From the NCBI GenBank assembly GCA_965222155.1, contig CBDCTH010000012.1, positions 1,824,001 to 1,888,000 of the forward strand: a DNA stretch of 64,000 bases, read 5' to 3'. The DNA is from Gammaproteobacteria bacterium (lineage in GTDB: Bacteria; Pseudomonadota; Gammaproteobacteria; Eutrophobiales; Eutrophobiaceae). Under the pieces are notes generated by a model that saw only the letters and a list, made by a program, of their open reading frames with translations, was not told the origin of the DNA and made no database searches. Made by a program: the position numbers and the translations under genes. Of the stretch, positions 34,055 to 43,612 are shown in pieces (the first letter of the stretch is position 1; each line of letters begins with the position of its first letter).

Positions 34055-35269
34055 CTATGGAGTTTCTGTAATACCGGCGAGTATCAGGTTTGGCAACCGG
34101 GTATCATTCCATTCCCAGGCAAGTACGCCGGTCCTGACGATAACCAGTTCTGCTGACGGAATCACGTATACCCGTTGTCCCCCCAGGCCGTCGAAATAGA
34201 TGATGTCCCCCGCATCAAATGGAGTTTCCGCAACCGCGGCAAATCCCTCGAAGGCTTCCAGGGTACGCTCCTCCACGTAGTCCGTCCCGATCCAGATCAG
34301 TAAACCGTAACGGGGATTTGTCGGTGAGGGTGTGGTCATCTCTACCAGCCAGTCTTCGGGGATGATCTGCATGCCGTTTGCCCAACCCTTGTTGATCAAC
34401 AGGTGTCCGATGCGTAACCAGTCCATCGGTTTTGCATACAATGAGGTAGCGCCCCGCGCCAATCCTCCGGGGTGATCCAGCCAGACGCCGGCGTCTTCAT
34501 TGCCCACCGGCTGCCACAGCTTCCCGGACAGGTAAGCCGCGTAGCGCTGACCCGTTGACCGCTCCAACACCATGACCAGTAAGGTCGGGTTAACGCCGTT
34601 GTAGCTGAATACGCTGCCCGGTTCGTCGTGCAGGAGAAAACTCAAGGCAGTGCCGGTGAGGTCAGTCCCGATCTGCCGCTTGACGTGTTTTGAAAAGGGA
34701 TTTACCGGAAAACTCATGGGCTCAAGACCGCTGTTCATCTGCAGGGCGTGGCGCAGGGTGATCCGTTCACGCGGGTCGCCGCGCCATTCCGGTATATACT
34801 TTGCCAGCGGATCATCGATACCGGCAATTTGACCCTCATCAATAGCTATGCCGAGCAACAGGGCGACAATGCTCTTGTGCATGGAAAAAGAGTAGACAAC
34901 CTGGTCGGCGCCCTTCCCCTTCCAGTACCTTTCCAGCTGTATGACCCCCCTGTGGGAAACAATAAGCGAGGTTGAACCACTCGCCTCCGCAAAGGCCACC
35001 GCCTCATCCAGGGCTGTGGATGAAATCGCCCGGGATGCCGCTTCAGCATGGGGAAAAGTAACAGGAGTTTGCGCACCGGGCACTGTTTCCTGCGGATATA
35101 ACCGATCCACGGTCGGGAACGGATTCTCTACGAACGTATTGAACGTGTAAGCACGCAGGTAGCGATCCCAGTACAACACGTCGGAAAATATCCCCAAGAT
35201 TAATATAAGCAGTAATCCGGTTGCGACCATCAGGCTGGCCTGAAACAACTGTTTGTCGGTTTTTTTCAT
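34055..35269 (-). CDS. Serine hydrolase, beta-lactamase/NylB-like family
   Basis: SMHK (SxxK), PGSVFSYNG, GLGGQRVYVIP motifs; N-terminal anchor. Confidence 0.9.
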   Translation of the reverse strand: MKKTDKQLFQASLMVATGLLLILILGIFSDVLYWDRYLRAYTFNTFVENPFPTVDRLYPQETVPGAQTPVTFPHAEAASRAISSTALDEAVAFAEASGSTSLIVSHRGVIQLERYWKGKGADQVVYSFSMHKSIVALLLGIAIDEGQIAGIDDPLAKYIPEWRGDPRERITLRHALQMNSGLEPMSFPVNPFSKHVKRQIGTDLTGTALSFLLHDEPGSVFSYNGVNPTLLVMVLERSTGQRYAAYLSGKLWQPVGNEDAGVWLDHPGGLARGATSLYAKPMDWLRIGHLLINKGWANGMQIIPEDWLVEMTTPSPTNPRYGLLIWIGTDYVEERTLEAFEGFAAVAETPFDAGDIIYFDGLGGQRVYVIPSAELVIVRTGVLAWEWNDTRLPNLILAGITETP

Positions 35270-35387
35270 GTTATGAGTGTGCCAATCAGGTATATATCCG
35301 CCTGATATATTACACGGATATTGTCAACAAAGGTGTGTTGTCAGCAAAGGTGTTGCATGTGGCGGTCCCACGCACTAAAATGATTTC

Positions 35388-35768
35388 ATGAGTGAAGCTA
35401 TCGCATTTGATACCCATAGATTCGTCAAAAATCTGACAGAAAGTGGCTTTACTGAAAAACAGGCAGAGGCTCTTGCAAATGAGCAGGTCCACCTGCTCAA
35501 CAGCAACCTGGCAACTAAGGCTGATATTATGGCAGTCAAGGCTGATATTATGGCAGTCAAGGCTGATATTCAAACCACCAATGCCAGGATTGAGACTGTT
35601 CACGCCGGACTCAAGGCTGATATTCAAGCCGCCAATGCTAGGATTGAGACTGTTCACGCCGGACTCAAGGCTGATATTCAAGCCGCCAAAGTCGACCTGT
35701 TGAAGTGGATAGTTACGGCAATAATTGCCCAGGCTGGTCTGGTTGTTGCCCTCATCAAACTGTTATAA
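35388..35768 (+). CDS. DUF1640/CCDC90-like coiled-coil protein with internal tandem duplications
   Basis: AFDTHRFVKNL.ESGF.EKQAE...LATKADI...LLKW pattern; 21-bp and 60-bp internal repeats. Confidence 0.8.
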   Translation: MSEAIAFDTHRFVKNLTESGFTEKQAEALANEQVHLLNSNLATKADIMAVKADIMAVKADIQTTNARIETVHAGLKADIQAANARIETVHAGLKADIQAAKVDLLKWIVTAIIAQAGLVVALIKLL

Positions 35769-35840
35769 CACCGTCTCAAGGTTATCGTCGGGATGCGTAT
35801 CCGGATGCCTGAACAGTGAACCTGCACGGTTCAGCAAGGC

Positions 35841-36650
35841 TTGGTCATGACATATCAAACCATTGAGGTGGCCCCGCTGACACCCCGGATCGGGGCAATC
35901 GTAACAGGTATCAACCTGGCAGAGTCGCTGGCTGATGCCCAGCTTGAGGACTTGCACAATGCGCTGGCCGCGCACCTGGTGATTTTCTTTCGCGACCAGG
36001 CCCTGGACCCCGCCTCATTGAAACGGGTCGGACTCTACTTCGGACCCTTGCAAAAGCACGCCCTCAAAGGTCTGCCCGACCATCCGGAAGTACGCAAGCT
36101 GCATGCGGATGAGAATTCCAGGCACGTATCCGGTGAAGAATGGCATACCGATATGTCCTGTGTGGAAGTCCCGCCCATGGGCAGCATTCTCTACCTCCAC
36201 ACGTTGCCGCCGATGGGCGGCGATACGGTCTTCTCCAGCATGTATGCGGCGTATGACGCGCTTTCAGATGGAATGAAGGATTACCTGGAAGGACTGACCG
36301 CCACCCATGACGGTATGCTGGCCTTTGGTCGGTTTGATCCCCACGGCAAGTATCCTAAAGCCGTGCATCCGATTATCCGGGTACACCCCGTCACCAAGCG
36401 CAAAGTCATTTACGTGAATCGCGGTTTTACCAGCCATATCAATGAACTGAGTGAGCGCGAGGGCCGCCATATTCTCGAATTCCTGTACCAGCAGATTGAA
36501 GACCCCTACTTCCACGTCAGGTTTCGATGGAAACCCCATTCAGTGGCATTCTGGGATAACCGCTGTACCCAACACCTGGCAATCTGGGATTACTTTCCCA
36601 ACGTCCGCTCGGGTCTCCGGGTACAGGTAGAGGACAGACGGCCAATCTGA
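35841..36650 (+). CDS. TauD/TfdA family Fe(II)/2-oxoglutarate dioxygenase
   Basis: WHTD, GGDT.F, HP...HPVT and WDNRCTQH motifs. Confidence 0.93.
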   Translation: MVMTYQTIEVAPLTPRIGAIVTGINLAESLADAQLEDLHNALAAHLVIFFRDQALDPASLKRVGLYFGPLQKHALKGLPDHPEVRKLHADENSRHVSGEEWHTDMSCVEVPPMGSILYLHTLPPMGGDTVFSSMYAAYDALSDGMKDYLEGLTATHDGMLAFGRFDPHGKYPKAVHPIIRVHPVTKRKVIYVNRGFTSHINELSEREGRHILEFLYQQIEDPYFHVRFRWKPHSVAFWDNRCTQHLAIWDYFPNVRSGLRVQVEDRRPI

Positions 36651-36662
36651 GAGGAGACAGCA

Positions 36663-38009
36663 ATGGCATTTAAAGATATGCGCGACTTCCTCAACCACCT
36701 GGAGGAAAGCGGTAGGCTGGTCCGAATTCAGGATGAGGTAGCGCTCGAATACGAACTGGCGGCTTACCTGCGCAAGGCCTCGGATATGGGTGATGATGGC
36801 CCGGCCCTGCTGTTTGAGAAGGTCAAAGGACATGACTTCCGGGTTGCCGGGGGGCTTTATGCAAACCGGCAACTGATGCTGGAGGCCCTGGAAACCACCG
36901 AGCAGGAAGCCAACGCCAAATATCTCAATGCCATAGACAACCTGAAGGAACATACATTACTCGACCGGGGGCCCTGCAATGAAATGATCCGCCTGGGCGA
37001 CGAGGCAGACCTGACTGCGCTCCCCATTCCAACCTATTGCGAACTGGACGGGGGTCCATTTATCACCCTGGGCATCGCTATCAGCAAGGATCCCGAGGAC
37101 GGCGGCAAGAATGCCTCCATCTATCGCCATCAACTGCTGGGCAAACGCCGCCTGGGAGTGCTGTCACCACCGCCCCATCACCTGGGCGTGCATTACAAAA
37201 AAGCCGAAGCGCTGGGTAAACCGCTGGAGCTTGCGATTGCGCTGGGGGTCGCCCCCAGTACATTAATCGCAACTCAATGGGAAGCGGGCTACGGTGTTGA
37301 TGAACTGACCCTGGCGGGAGCGTTCCTGGAAGAACCCCTGGAGGTCGTCAAATGTCAGACACTGGACCTGGAAGTACCCGCGAGCGCGGAGATTATCATA
37401 GAGGGGAAGATGCTTCCCGGAGTACAAGAGCATGAAGGTCCCTTTGGTGAATACACCGGCTACTATACTCAGGGCTCATCTAAACCCGTGCTGGAAGTCA
37501 GCGCAATAACCCATCGCCACGACCCCATCCTGCTCGCCGGAATGAGTGGTGTGCCGACGACGGACAACCACGTACTGAAAATGATACCCATGGAGGCTTC
37601 CTGCTACGCCATGCTGAAACGCAAGTTTGCCGGCATCAAGCGTGTTCATTTTCACGGCGCCGGAGGTGTGGGACTGATGTGCGTCGTCGCCATGAAGCAA
37701 TATGCCAGGAATGAGGCCAGGCAAGTACTGGCAACCCTGCTGGGTTCCCAGGGCAGCAAACTGGCCGTGGTCGTGGACGAAGACATCGACATCCACGACA
37801 TGGACAAGGTGATGTGGGCGATATGCACCCGGGTACAGGCGCAAAAAGACGTCATGATTCTGCCGCAGATGACCCTCTGGCAGTTGGACCCTTCAGCACC
37901 GGACGACGGCAGCTATTCCGTCATGGGCATTGATGCAACCCGGCCATTCGGTGAAGACTTTGAACAAGTGGCGCTGGTTCCGGACGTAGATAAGGTCCCC
38001 GATTTTTAG
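36663..38009 (+). CDS. UbiD family prFMN-dependent (de)carboxylase
   Basis: PALLFEKVKG, NASIYR, EGPFGEYTGYY and VVVDEDID motifs. Confidence 0.93.
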   Translation: MAFKDMRDFLNHLEESGRLVRIQDEVALEYELAAYLRKASDMGDDGPALLFEKVKGHDFRVAGGLYANRQLMLEALETTEQEANAKYLNAIDNLKEHTLLDRGPCNEMIRLGDEADLTALPIPTYCELDGGPFITLGIAISKDPEDGGKNASIYRHQLLGKRRLGVLSPPPHHLGVHYKKAEALGKPLELAIALGVAPSTLIATQWEAGYGVDELTLAGAFLEEPLEVVKCQTLDLEVPASAEIIIEGKMLPGVQEHEGPFGEYTGYYTQGSSKPVLEVSAITHRHDPILLAGMSGVPTTDNHVLKMIPMEASCYAMLKRKFAGIKRVHFHGAGGVGLMCVVAMKQYARNEARQVLATLLGSQGSKLAVVVDEDIDIHDMDKVMWAICTRVQAQKDVMILPQMTLWQLDPSAPDDGSYSVMGIDATRPFGEDFEQVALVPDVDKVPDF

Positions 38010-38073
38010 GCAGTTGTTTCCGCTGACCGGGTTTTGGGGACTGTTTTTCCTTCCTGTGGAGTTAGATCGGCTA

Positions 38074-39696
38074 TTACGTGTACTTTTCGAATACCGATTG
38101 CATTTTTTCCATCATTGCCGGATCCGGAGCCGGTTGAGTATATGATTCGCCGATATCCCGGGTCGCCAATATGCCCAGTTTCGTCACCCGCCAGTGCTGG
38201 TCAATCTCCGGGTCCATCTCCCAGGTCGGCATCTGTGGTGAGACAATGTAATCCTCGGGTCGGCGACCGGCGCGGGTTGCCTTGGCCCACTCTACCTGCT
38301 CACTGTTATGGGGGTCGATGTCATCATCCACGACCGTCACAAACTTGAAATACTGGGTTGCCAGCAGGTACTGGAGCACCTGCCGATCCTCACCTTCATA
38401 GGTCTTCTTCATCGAGACAACCGCGTGAAACCCATGGGAGCCGGCAAAAATACCGATATCCACCACGTGAGGAAACTGTTTTTTAATCTGTTCCAGGCCC
38501 ATTTGCTCATAACCGAAAAAAGCCCAGATACAACCCACCCGATGTTCTTCGGAATTACCTGACATACAGGTATGAAAAATGGGATTTTTCCTGCAGGTAA
38601 TCGCAGTGACTTCCATATAGGGAATTGCCTCAACGACGGTGCCCGAATAATCGGTAAACTCCATCATGGGTCCTTCATCTATCTTGTTATCCGGAGGAGG
38701 AGGCGATAATCCTTCAATCACGATCTCCGTGTTCGCCGGTACTTCGAGGTCGATGGTCTTGCATTTCACCAGTTCCAGAGGCTTGTTTCGGATCACGCCG
38801 GTCATGTCGAACTCACTGTACGGGGGTTCCATCCAATAATGCGGTGATGAGTAGGTCGATAATATCTGCGTAACCGGATCCGGGCCGAGGCATATCGCCA
38901 TGGGACACGGCTCGCCTTTGTCATGATACTTTTGAATGATCTTCCCGCCTGGCGTTTGCGTGCCGATCTGCACGCCTACCTGGTTGGGCGCATAGCGTTC
39001 ATGACTCACCATGTGCCGCCTGACACCGATATTAAGCAAGCCGTTATCCGGATCTTTTTGTACCAGACCTCCCGGGGTAATATATGGACCGGCGTCTTCT
39101 TTCAAGTGCCAGACCACAGGCAACAAGCCCAGGACGTCGATATTCTCTCTGATTACGACTTCCTGGCAAGGCGCGTTATCCACCATAACGTAAGGCTTCT
39201 CCTTGTTATAGGCTCTGCGGTCGGTATCCGTCAGTAACTCCTTGATCAGGATCAGTTCGGCCCGGGAGCGCGGGTCCATGGAAAAACCATTCATCTTGCG
39301 ACCGGACATCCCGGCCAGTGAACCGGGACTGCCGCGAGGATCGTCATAGTATTTTTTTACCTGCTCCTCTGTAGGCACTATACCCAGGGCCATAGCAGTC
39401 CGGTGTATGGTGCCATACAGGTTTGCTACGACCGGCATATCGAAACCCTTGACGTTTTCAAATAATACCGCTTTGTTCGACCCGTTTTCACTATGCTGGA
39501 CAATGGCGGATAGTTCAAAATTCCGTGGGTCGACTTCCTCCTTGACTACGATGATCTCATCGGTTTCCCGCAACCACTCGATGAACTCGCGCATGTCATC
39601 CCGCACTGTTTCAGGATGATGGCTGTTTTCAATTTCCGTGTTGCGCGTTTGATTTTTTTGCTCGTTATTCATCAATATTCTCCCCCAACCGTTCAA
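38074..39696 (-). CDS. Divergent UbiD family (de)carboxylase
   Basis: AVLFENVKG, DAGPYIT, NIGVRR, EGPMMEFTDY and VVDDDIDP motifs, with an insertion near the N-terminus. Confidence 0.88.
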   Translation of the reverse strand: MNGWGRILMNNEQKNQTRNTEIENSHHPETVRDDMREFIEWLRETDEIIVVKEEVDPRNFELSAIVQHSENGSNKAVLFENVKGFDMPVVANLYGTIHRTAMALGIVPTEEQVKKYYDDPRGSPGSLAGMSGRKMNGFSMDPRSRAELILIKELLTDTDRRAYNKEKPYVMVDNAPCQEVVIRENIDVLGLLPVVWHLKEDAGPYITPGGLVQKDPDNGLLNIGVRRHMVSHERYAPNQVGVQIGTQTPGGKIIQKYHDKGEPCPMAICLGPDPVTQILSTYSSPHYWMEPPYSEFDMTGVIRNKPLELVKCKTIDLEVPANTEIVIEGLSPPPPDNKIDEGPMMEFTDYSGTVVEAIPYMEVTAITCRKNPIFHTCMSGNSEEHRVGCIWAFFGYEQMGLEQIKKQFPHVVDIGIFAGSHGFHAVVSMKKTYEGEDRQVLQYLLATQYFKFVTVVDDDIDPHNSEQVEWAKATRAGRRPEDYIVSPQMPTWEMDPEIDQHWRVTKLGILATRDIGESYTQPAPDPAMMEKMQSVFEKYT

Positions 39697-39942
39697 TTAG
39701 CATGTACCAGCAGACCTTCTTGCCGATGATTTTTACAGTTTAATCATCTATGATTTGATTTACAATTTCAAAAAATACTACATCTACTTGTGTAAAAACA
39801 TAATAATTTTTTTTAAGAAAATATTGTATCAATTTGATATTTATGTCATTTACTAAAAAATACTATAATAGTGATTGAACTTTTATTATTTACAATTTTG
39901 TATATAATCCCTAATTGTATATTCCATTATCGGGGGAAAACC

Positions 39943-42327
39943 ATGCGGAATTTCAGTAAATTTCTAATCTGTGCAGTGATCCCTGTTCTTGCTCCGGCTG
40001 ACGTTTACGCCCAGACAAGCATTGAAGAAATAGTCGTTACCGCAACTAAACGGGGAGAAGTATCCGTACAGGACATAGCAGGTGGAATCACCGCTATCAC
40101 CGGCGATACTATTGATAAATATGACCTGCGTTCCCTGGAAGATTTTTCCCGTCTGGAACCCGGGCTGCAATATGCCACCCAGGGTGTCGGTGATACCCAG
40201 TTGATCATCCGCGGTATTTCATCTCCAGGCGACAGCACCGTAGGCGTCTATTTTGATGAGTCCCCGATCACCGGCGGCAATTTTCAGGACGGCGGCGGCC
40301 GCACCCCTGATATCGGCGCCTATGACATTGCCCGCATCGAGGTGCTGAAAGGCCCGCAGGGTACATTATTCGGCGCCAGTTCCATGAGTGGCGCGGTAAG
40401 AATTATCACAAACAAGCCGGATGCCTCCGGTTTCAATATGAATATTTCCACGGGGTTTGAGTCGGTCGAGCATGGTGATGAGGGTTACTCGATCAACGCC
40501 GCGGTCAACGTTCCGCTGGTCGCGGACACCCTGGCCCTGCGCCTGGTGGGCTGGCAAAAGGAACGGGGTGGGTATATCGACCAGTCCGCCGGACTGAACG
40601 GCGTCACTGAACTGGACGACGTGAATGATTCGGAAATCACCGGCGGCCGCATTATGGGGCGCTGGACGCCGAATGAGAACCTGACCGTTGATGCATTTTA
40701 CCAATTGCAGGAAACCGAGGTAGATGGCGCCCAGCACTATGCGCCCGTTGCCAGTGGCCTGCTCACGCCGACCCAGGTGATCGTTGTGCCGTTCCCGCAT
40801 TTTATCCCGGCGTTTGAGGGTTCTTTCGGTGATCTGAAGACTTCAACCGCCCACCAGGAACCCTATGGTGACGACATCGATATGTACGGTTTTACTATAG
40901 ATTATGACCTGGGGTTCGGTTCGATTCTCGGTACCATTTCGAAATTCGAGCGTGACATTGAATTCCTGGAAGACACCTCGGCTACCGCCATGTCATTCGG
41001 CTTCCCACCGGCTTTCGGCCCTCCACTCGGTTCCTACGGTATTCACCAGTTTCAGGACCGCGACGTATTCAATGCCGAAATCCGTTTCAGCTCGGACCTG
41101 GACGGGCCCATCAACTTTGTCGGCGGTTTCTTCTATGAAGACGATGAGACGTATTCCGAACTGGATATCCTGGCCGGGGATATCGTGACCGGCATTCCCG
41201 TATGCAATAGCAGGGACGAATGCATTACCGACCCGGCGCTGGCAGCGGCTTCCCTGGCATTCGCCCGCAGCCAGGATATCAATTTTGAATTCTTTGCGGT
41301 ATTCGGCCACGTCGATTACGAAATAACTGAGCAAATCACCCTGGGCGGCGGGGTCCGGTATTTCGATTCGGAACAGGAAAACCTGGAACAGACCCTGCAG
41401 GCCTTTCAGGGCAGTATCGCTTTCACCATCCCGCCATTATTCGGTGGGCCGATCCAGACCACACCGTTCGTCACCGTCGATAGTACAGCAAAGGAAGATG
41501 AGGTTACCTGGGATGCGAGCCTGTCCTACTCGCCGACTGACAACCAGATGTACTATGTCCGCGCAGCAACCGGATTCAGGCAAGGCGGGATCAACGACGC
41601 CTCGACAGCCTCTGTTTTCGGCATCAGCATCCCTGCTTCGTTCATTTCAGACCAAGTCCTCAGTATTGAAGTTGGCGCCAAGACCGCCTGGTCCGATGAT
41701 CGGGTAACCCTCAATGCGACTTATTTCAAGATGTTCTGGGACGATATGCAGGTGCCGGGCGTTGAACCTACCGGCGCCGTTGAATTCATTTCTAATGCAG
41801 CAAAAGCGGAAGTGGACGGGGTTGAGATTGAACTGGCGGCACGACCGACGGATCAATTTTTGCTGCACCTGGGCGCCACCTGGATTAATGCGGAACTGAC
41901 GGAAGACCAAATCATAGATCCGGGCCTGGCCGCGCCGGGGTTTACCCCACCCCTGGGTGTGGATGGCGACAACATACCCAAAGTACCCGACTGGGCTTTC
42001 TCCGGGACTATGGAATATTCGTTTCCGCTGACCATGCTGGGTAACGTCGAAGGGTCGTTGCGCGGTAATTTTTCCTACACGGGGGAATCGGATACCTTCT
42101 TCAATGACAACTTCCCCGGCTTTGTTGAGATCGGTGATTATTTCCTGTTGAACCTCAGCGCAAATTTCCAGCATAACAACTGGGGGCTGCGCTTCTTCGT
42201 GGATAACCTGACCGACGAACGGGCAAAAGTTGATATAGACGGCTCCTGGGGACCGGATACGTACAGGCTCTTCACCGTGAGGCCGCGCACTTTCGGCGCA
42301 CAGGTAAGCTGGGCTTACGGACAATAG
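39943..42327 (+). CDS. TonB-dependent receptor
   Basis: IEEIVVTATKR, RIEVLKGPQGTLFGA and terminal RPRTFGAQVSW; start MRNFSK after GGGGG RBS. Confidence 0.95.
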   Translation: MRNFSKFLICAVIPVLAPADVYAQTSIEEIVVTATKRGEVSVQDIAGGITAITGDTIDKYDLRSLEDFSRLEPGLQYATQGVGDTQLIIRGISSPGDSTVGVYFDESPITGGNFQDGGGRTPDIGAYDIARIEVLKGPQGTLFGASSMSGAVRIITNKPDASGFNMNISTGFESVEHGDEGYSINAAVNVPLVADTLALRLVGWQKERGGYIDQSAGLNGVTELDDVNDSEITGGRIMGRWTPNENLTVDAFYQLQETEVDGAQHYAPVASGLLTPTQVIVVPFPHFIPAFEGSFGDLKTSTAHQEPYGDDIDMYGFTIDYDLGFGSILGTISKFERDIEFLEDTSATAMSFGFPPAFGPPLGSYGIHQFQDRDVFNAEIRFSSDLDGPINFVGGFFYEDDETYSELDILAGDIVTGIPVCNSRDECITDPALAAASLAFARSQDINFEFFAVFGHVDYEITEQITLGGGVRYFDSEQENLEQTLQAFQGSIAFTIPPLFGGPIQTTPFVTVDSTAKEDEVTWDASLSYSPTDNQMYYVRAATGFRQGGINDASTASVFGISIPASFISDQVLSIEVGAKTAWSDDRVTLNATYFKMFWDDMQVPGVEPTGAVEFISNAAKAEVDGVEIELAARPTDQFLLHLGATWINAELTEDQIIDPGLAAPGFTPPLGVDGDNIPKVPDWAFSGTMEYSFPLTMLGNVEGSLRGNFSYTGESDTFFNDNFPGFVEIGDYFLLNLSANFQHNNWGLRFFVDNLTDERAKVDIDGSWGPDTYRLFTVRPRTFGAQVSWAYGQ

Positions 42328-42378
42328 TTCTGCCGTATTTATTGATGCCAATCGTATATTCCGGCAAAATTCCTGACC

Positions 42379-43587
42379 GTGAGTGAGATAAGCTACAGCA
42401 ATGCACCCTGGCCGGTGCGCGAGAATTTTGCCGCAGGTCATAATCGCTACTGGCAACGTCTGGCCGCGCCGGGAAACTGGTTGACGAGCACTGAACGGGT
42501 CAATGTAGCCAGGGAAATCCGCCAGGCGCGACAATGCAGCCTGTGCCGCCGACGTAAAGAGGCGTTGTCACCTTACCAGGTTGACGGGACTCATGACGTT
42601 GTAACCGATCTGCCCGAGGTCATGGTCGAAGTCATCCACCGCGTGGTCACCGACTCGGCTCGTCTCACCAAAAACTGGTTTGACGGGATCATGCAGCAGG
42701 GGCTCAGTGAGGAACAATATGTTGAGATCATCGGCACCCTGGTTTCGGTGTTCATGATCGATGAATTCTGCCGTGGTATTGGCCTGCCCCTGAACGAACT
42801 ACCGGAACCACAACCCGGCAATCCAAGTCGTTACCGCCCTGCCAATGCTTCCCATGACGGCACCTGGGTACCACTGCTCCCGGCGAGAGTCGATAGCGGA
42901 CCTGATGCCGATTTGTGGGAGGGACGCGTCGGCGGCTATGTCATCCGGGCCCTCAGCCTTGTCCCTGATGAAGTGCGTACCCTGATGGATACCTTGAAAG
43001 CGCATTATCTCAACAGCGCAGAAATCTGGAACGTCACAAAGTCCCCTCAAGGAACGCTGACCCGCATTCAGACAGAGGTGGTAGCCGCGCGAGTATCCGC
43101 ACTCAACGGCTGTTTCTACTGAACCGCCTCACATGTGGTGATGCTCCGTGAGAGCGTCGAGCTGACAGGCGGGTCCATCGACTTCGACGGTCTCACTGAT
43201 CCCTCCTGTACAGAGATCAGGGGCGTACCGAATTCCCGTGAATTGCTGCAGCTCGCCAATGCCTGTATGGGTGACGACAGTGCCGCCCTGGCCACTGCGC
43301 GCCAGGCCCTGGTAGATACAATGGGTTCTGCGGCGATGATCGATACGGTCGGGGTCATATCGAATTTTCAGCGCATGGTGCGGATTGCCGATGCGACAGG
43401 CATCCCCTCCGACGACTCAATGCAGGTGATGTCCGAGGACCTGCGGGAGCAACTGGGAATTAACCGGTATGTCTCCGCTGCCAACTCCGAGCGACCATCC
43501 TTTTTTCAAAGGCTACTGCTCAAATTCGTAGGTATCCGCCAGTTCCGCAAGATGGTTCGGGAAGCAAGCCAGAATCCAGTGAAATAG
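42379..43587 (+). CDS. AhpD-related selenoprotein (~402 aa; C-F-Y-U motif, Sec at TGA 43120-43122)
   Basis: ORFs 42379..43122 and 43135..43587 share a frame and are separated only by TGA in ...NGCFY*TASHVVML. A SECIS-like hairpin follows and selA is adjacent. Confidence 0.88.
43140..43158 (+). promoter_or_regulatory. Bacterial SECIS-like hairpin
   Basis: GATGCTC-CGTGA-GAGCGTC: 7-bp stem with a G-containing loop 24 nt after UGA. Confidence 0.72.
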
Positions 43588-43612
43588 ACAATTCTTTATA
43601 AGGAAGGTTCGT

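Noticed and set aside
35310-35703. Alternative ORFs overlapping the DUF1640-like gene
   Set aside because: Shadow frames produced by the internal repeats.
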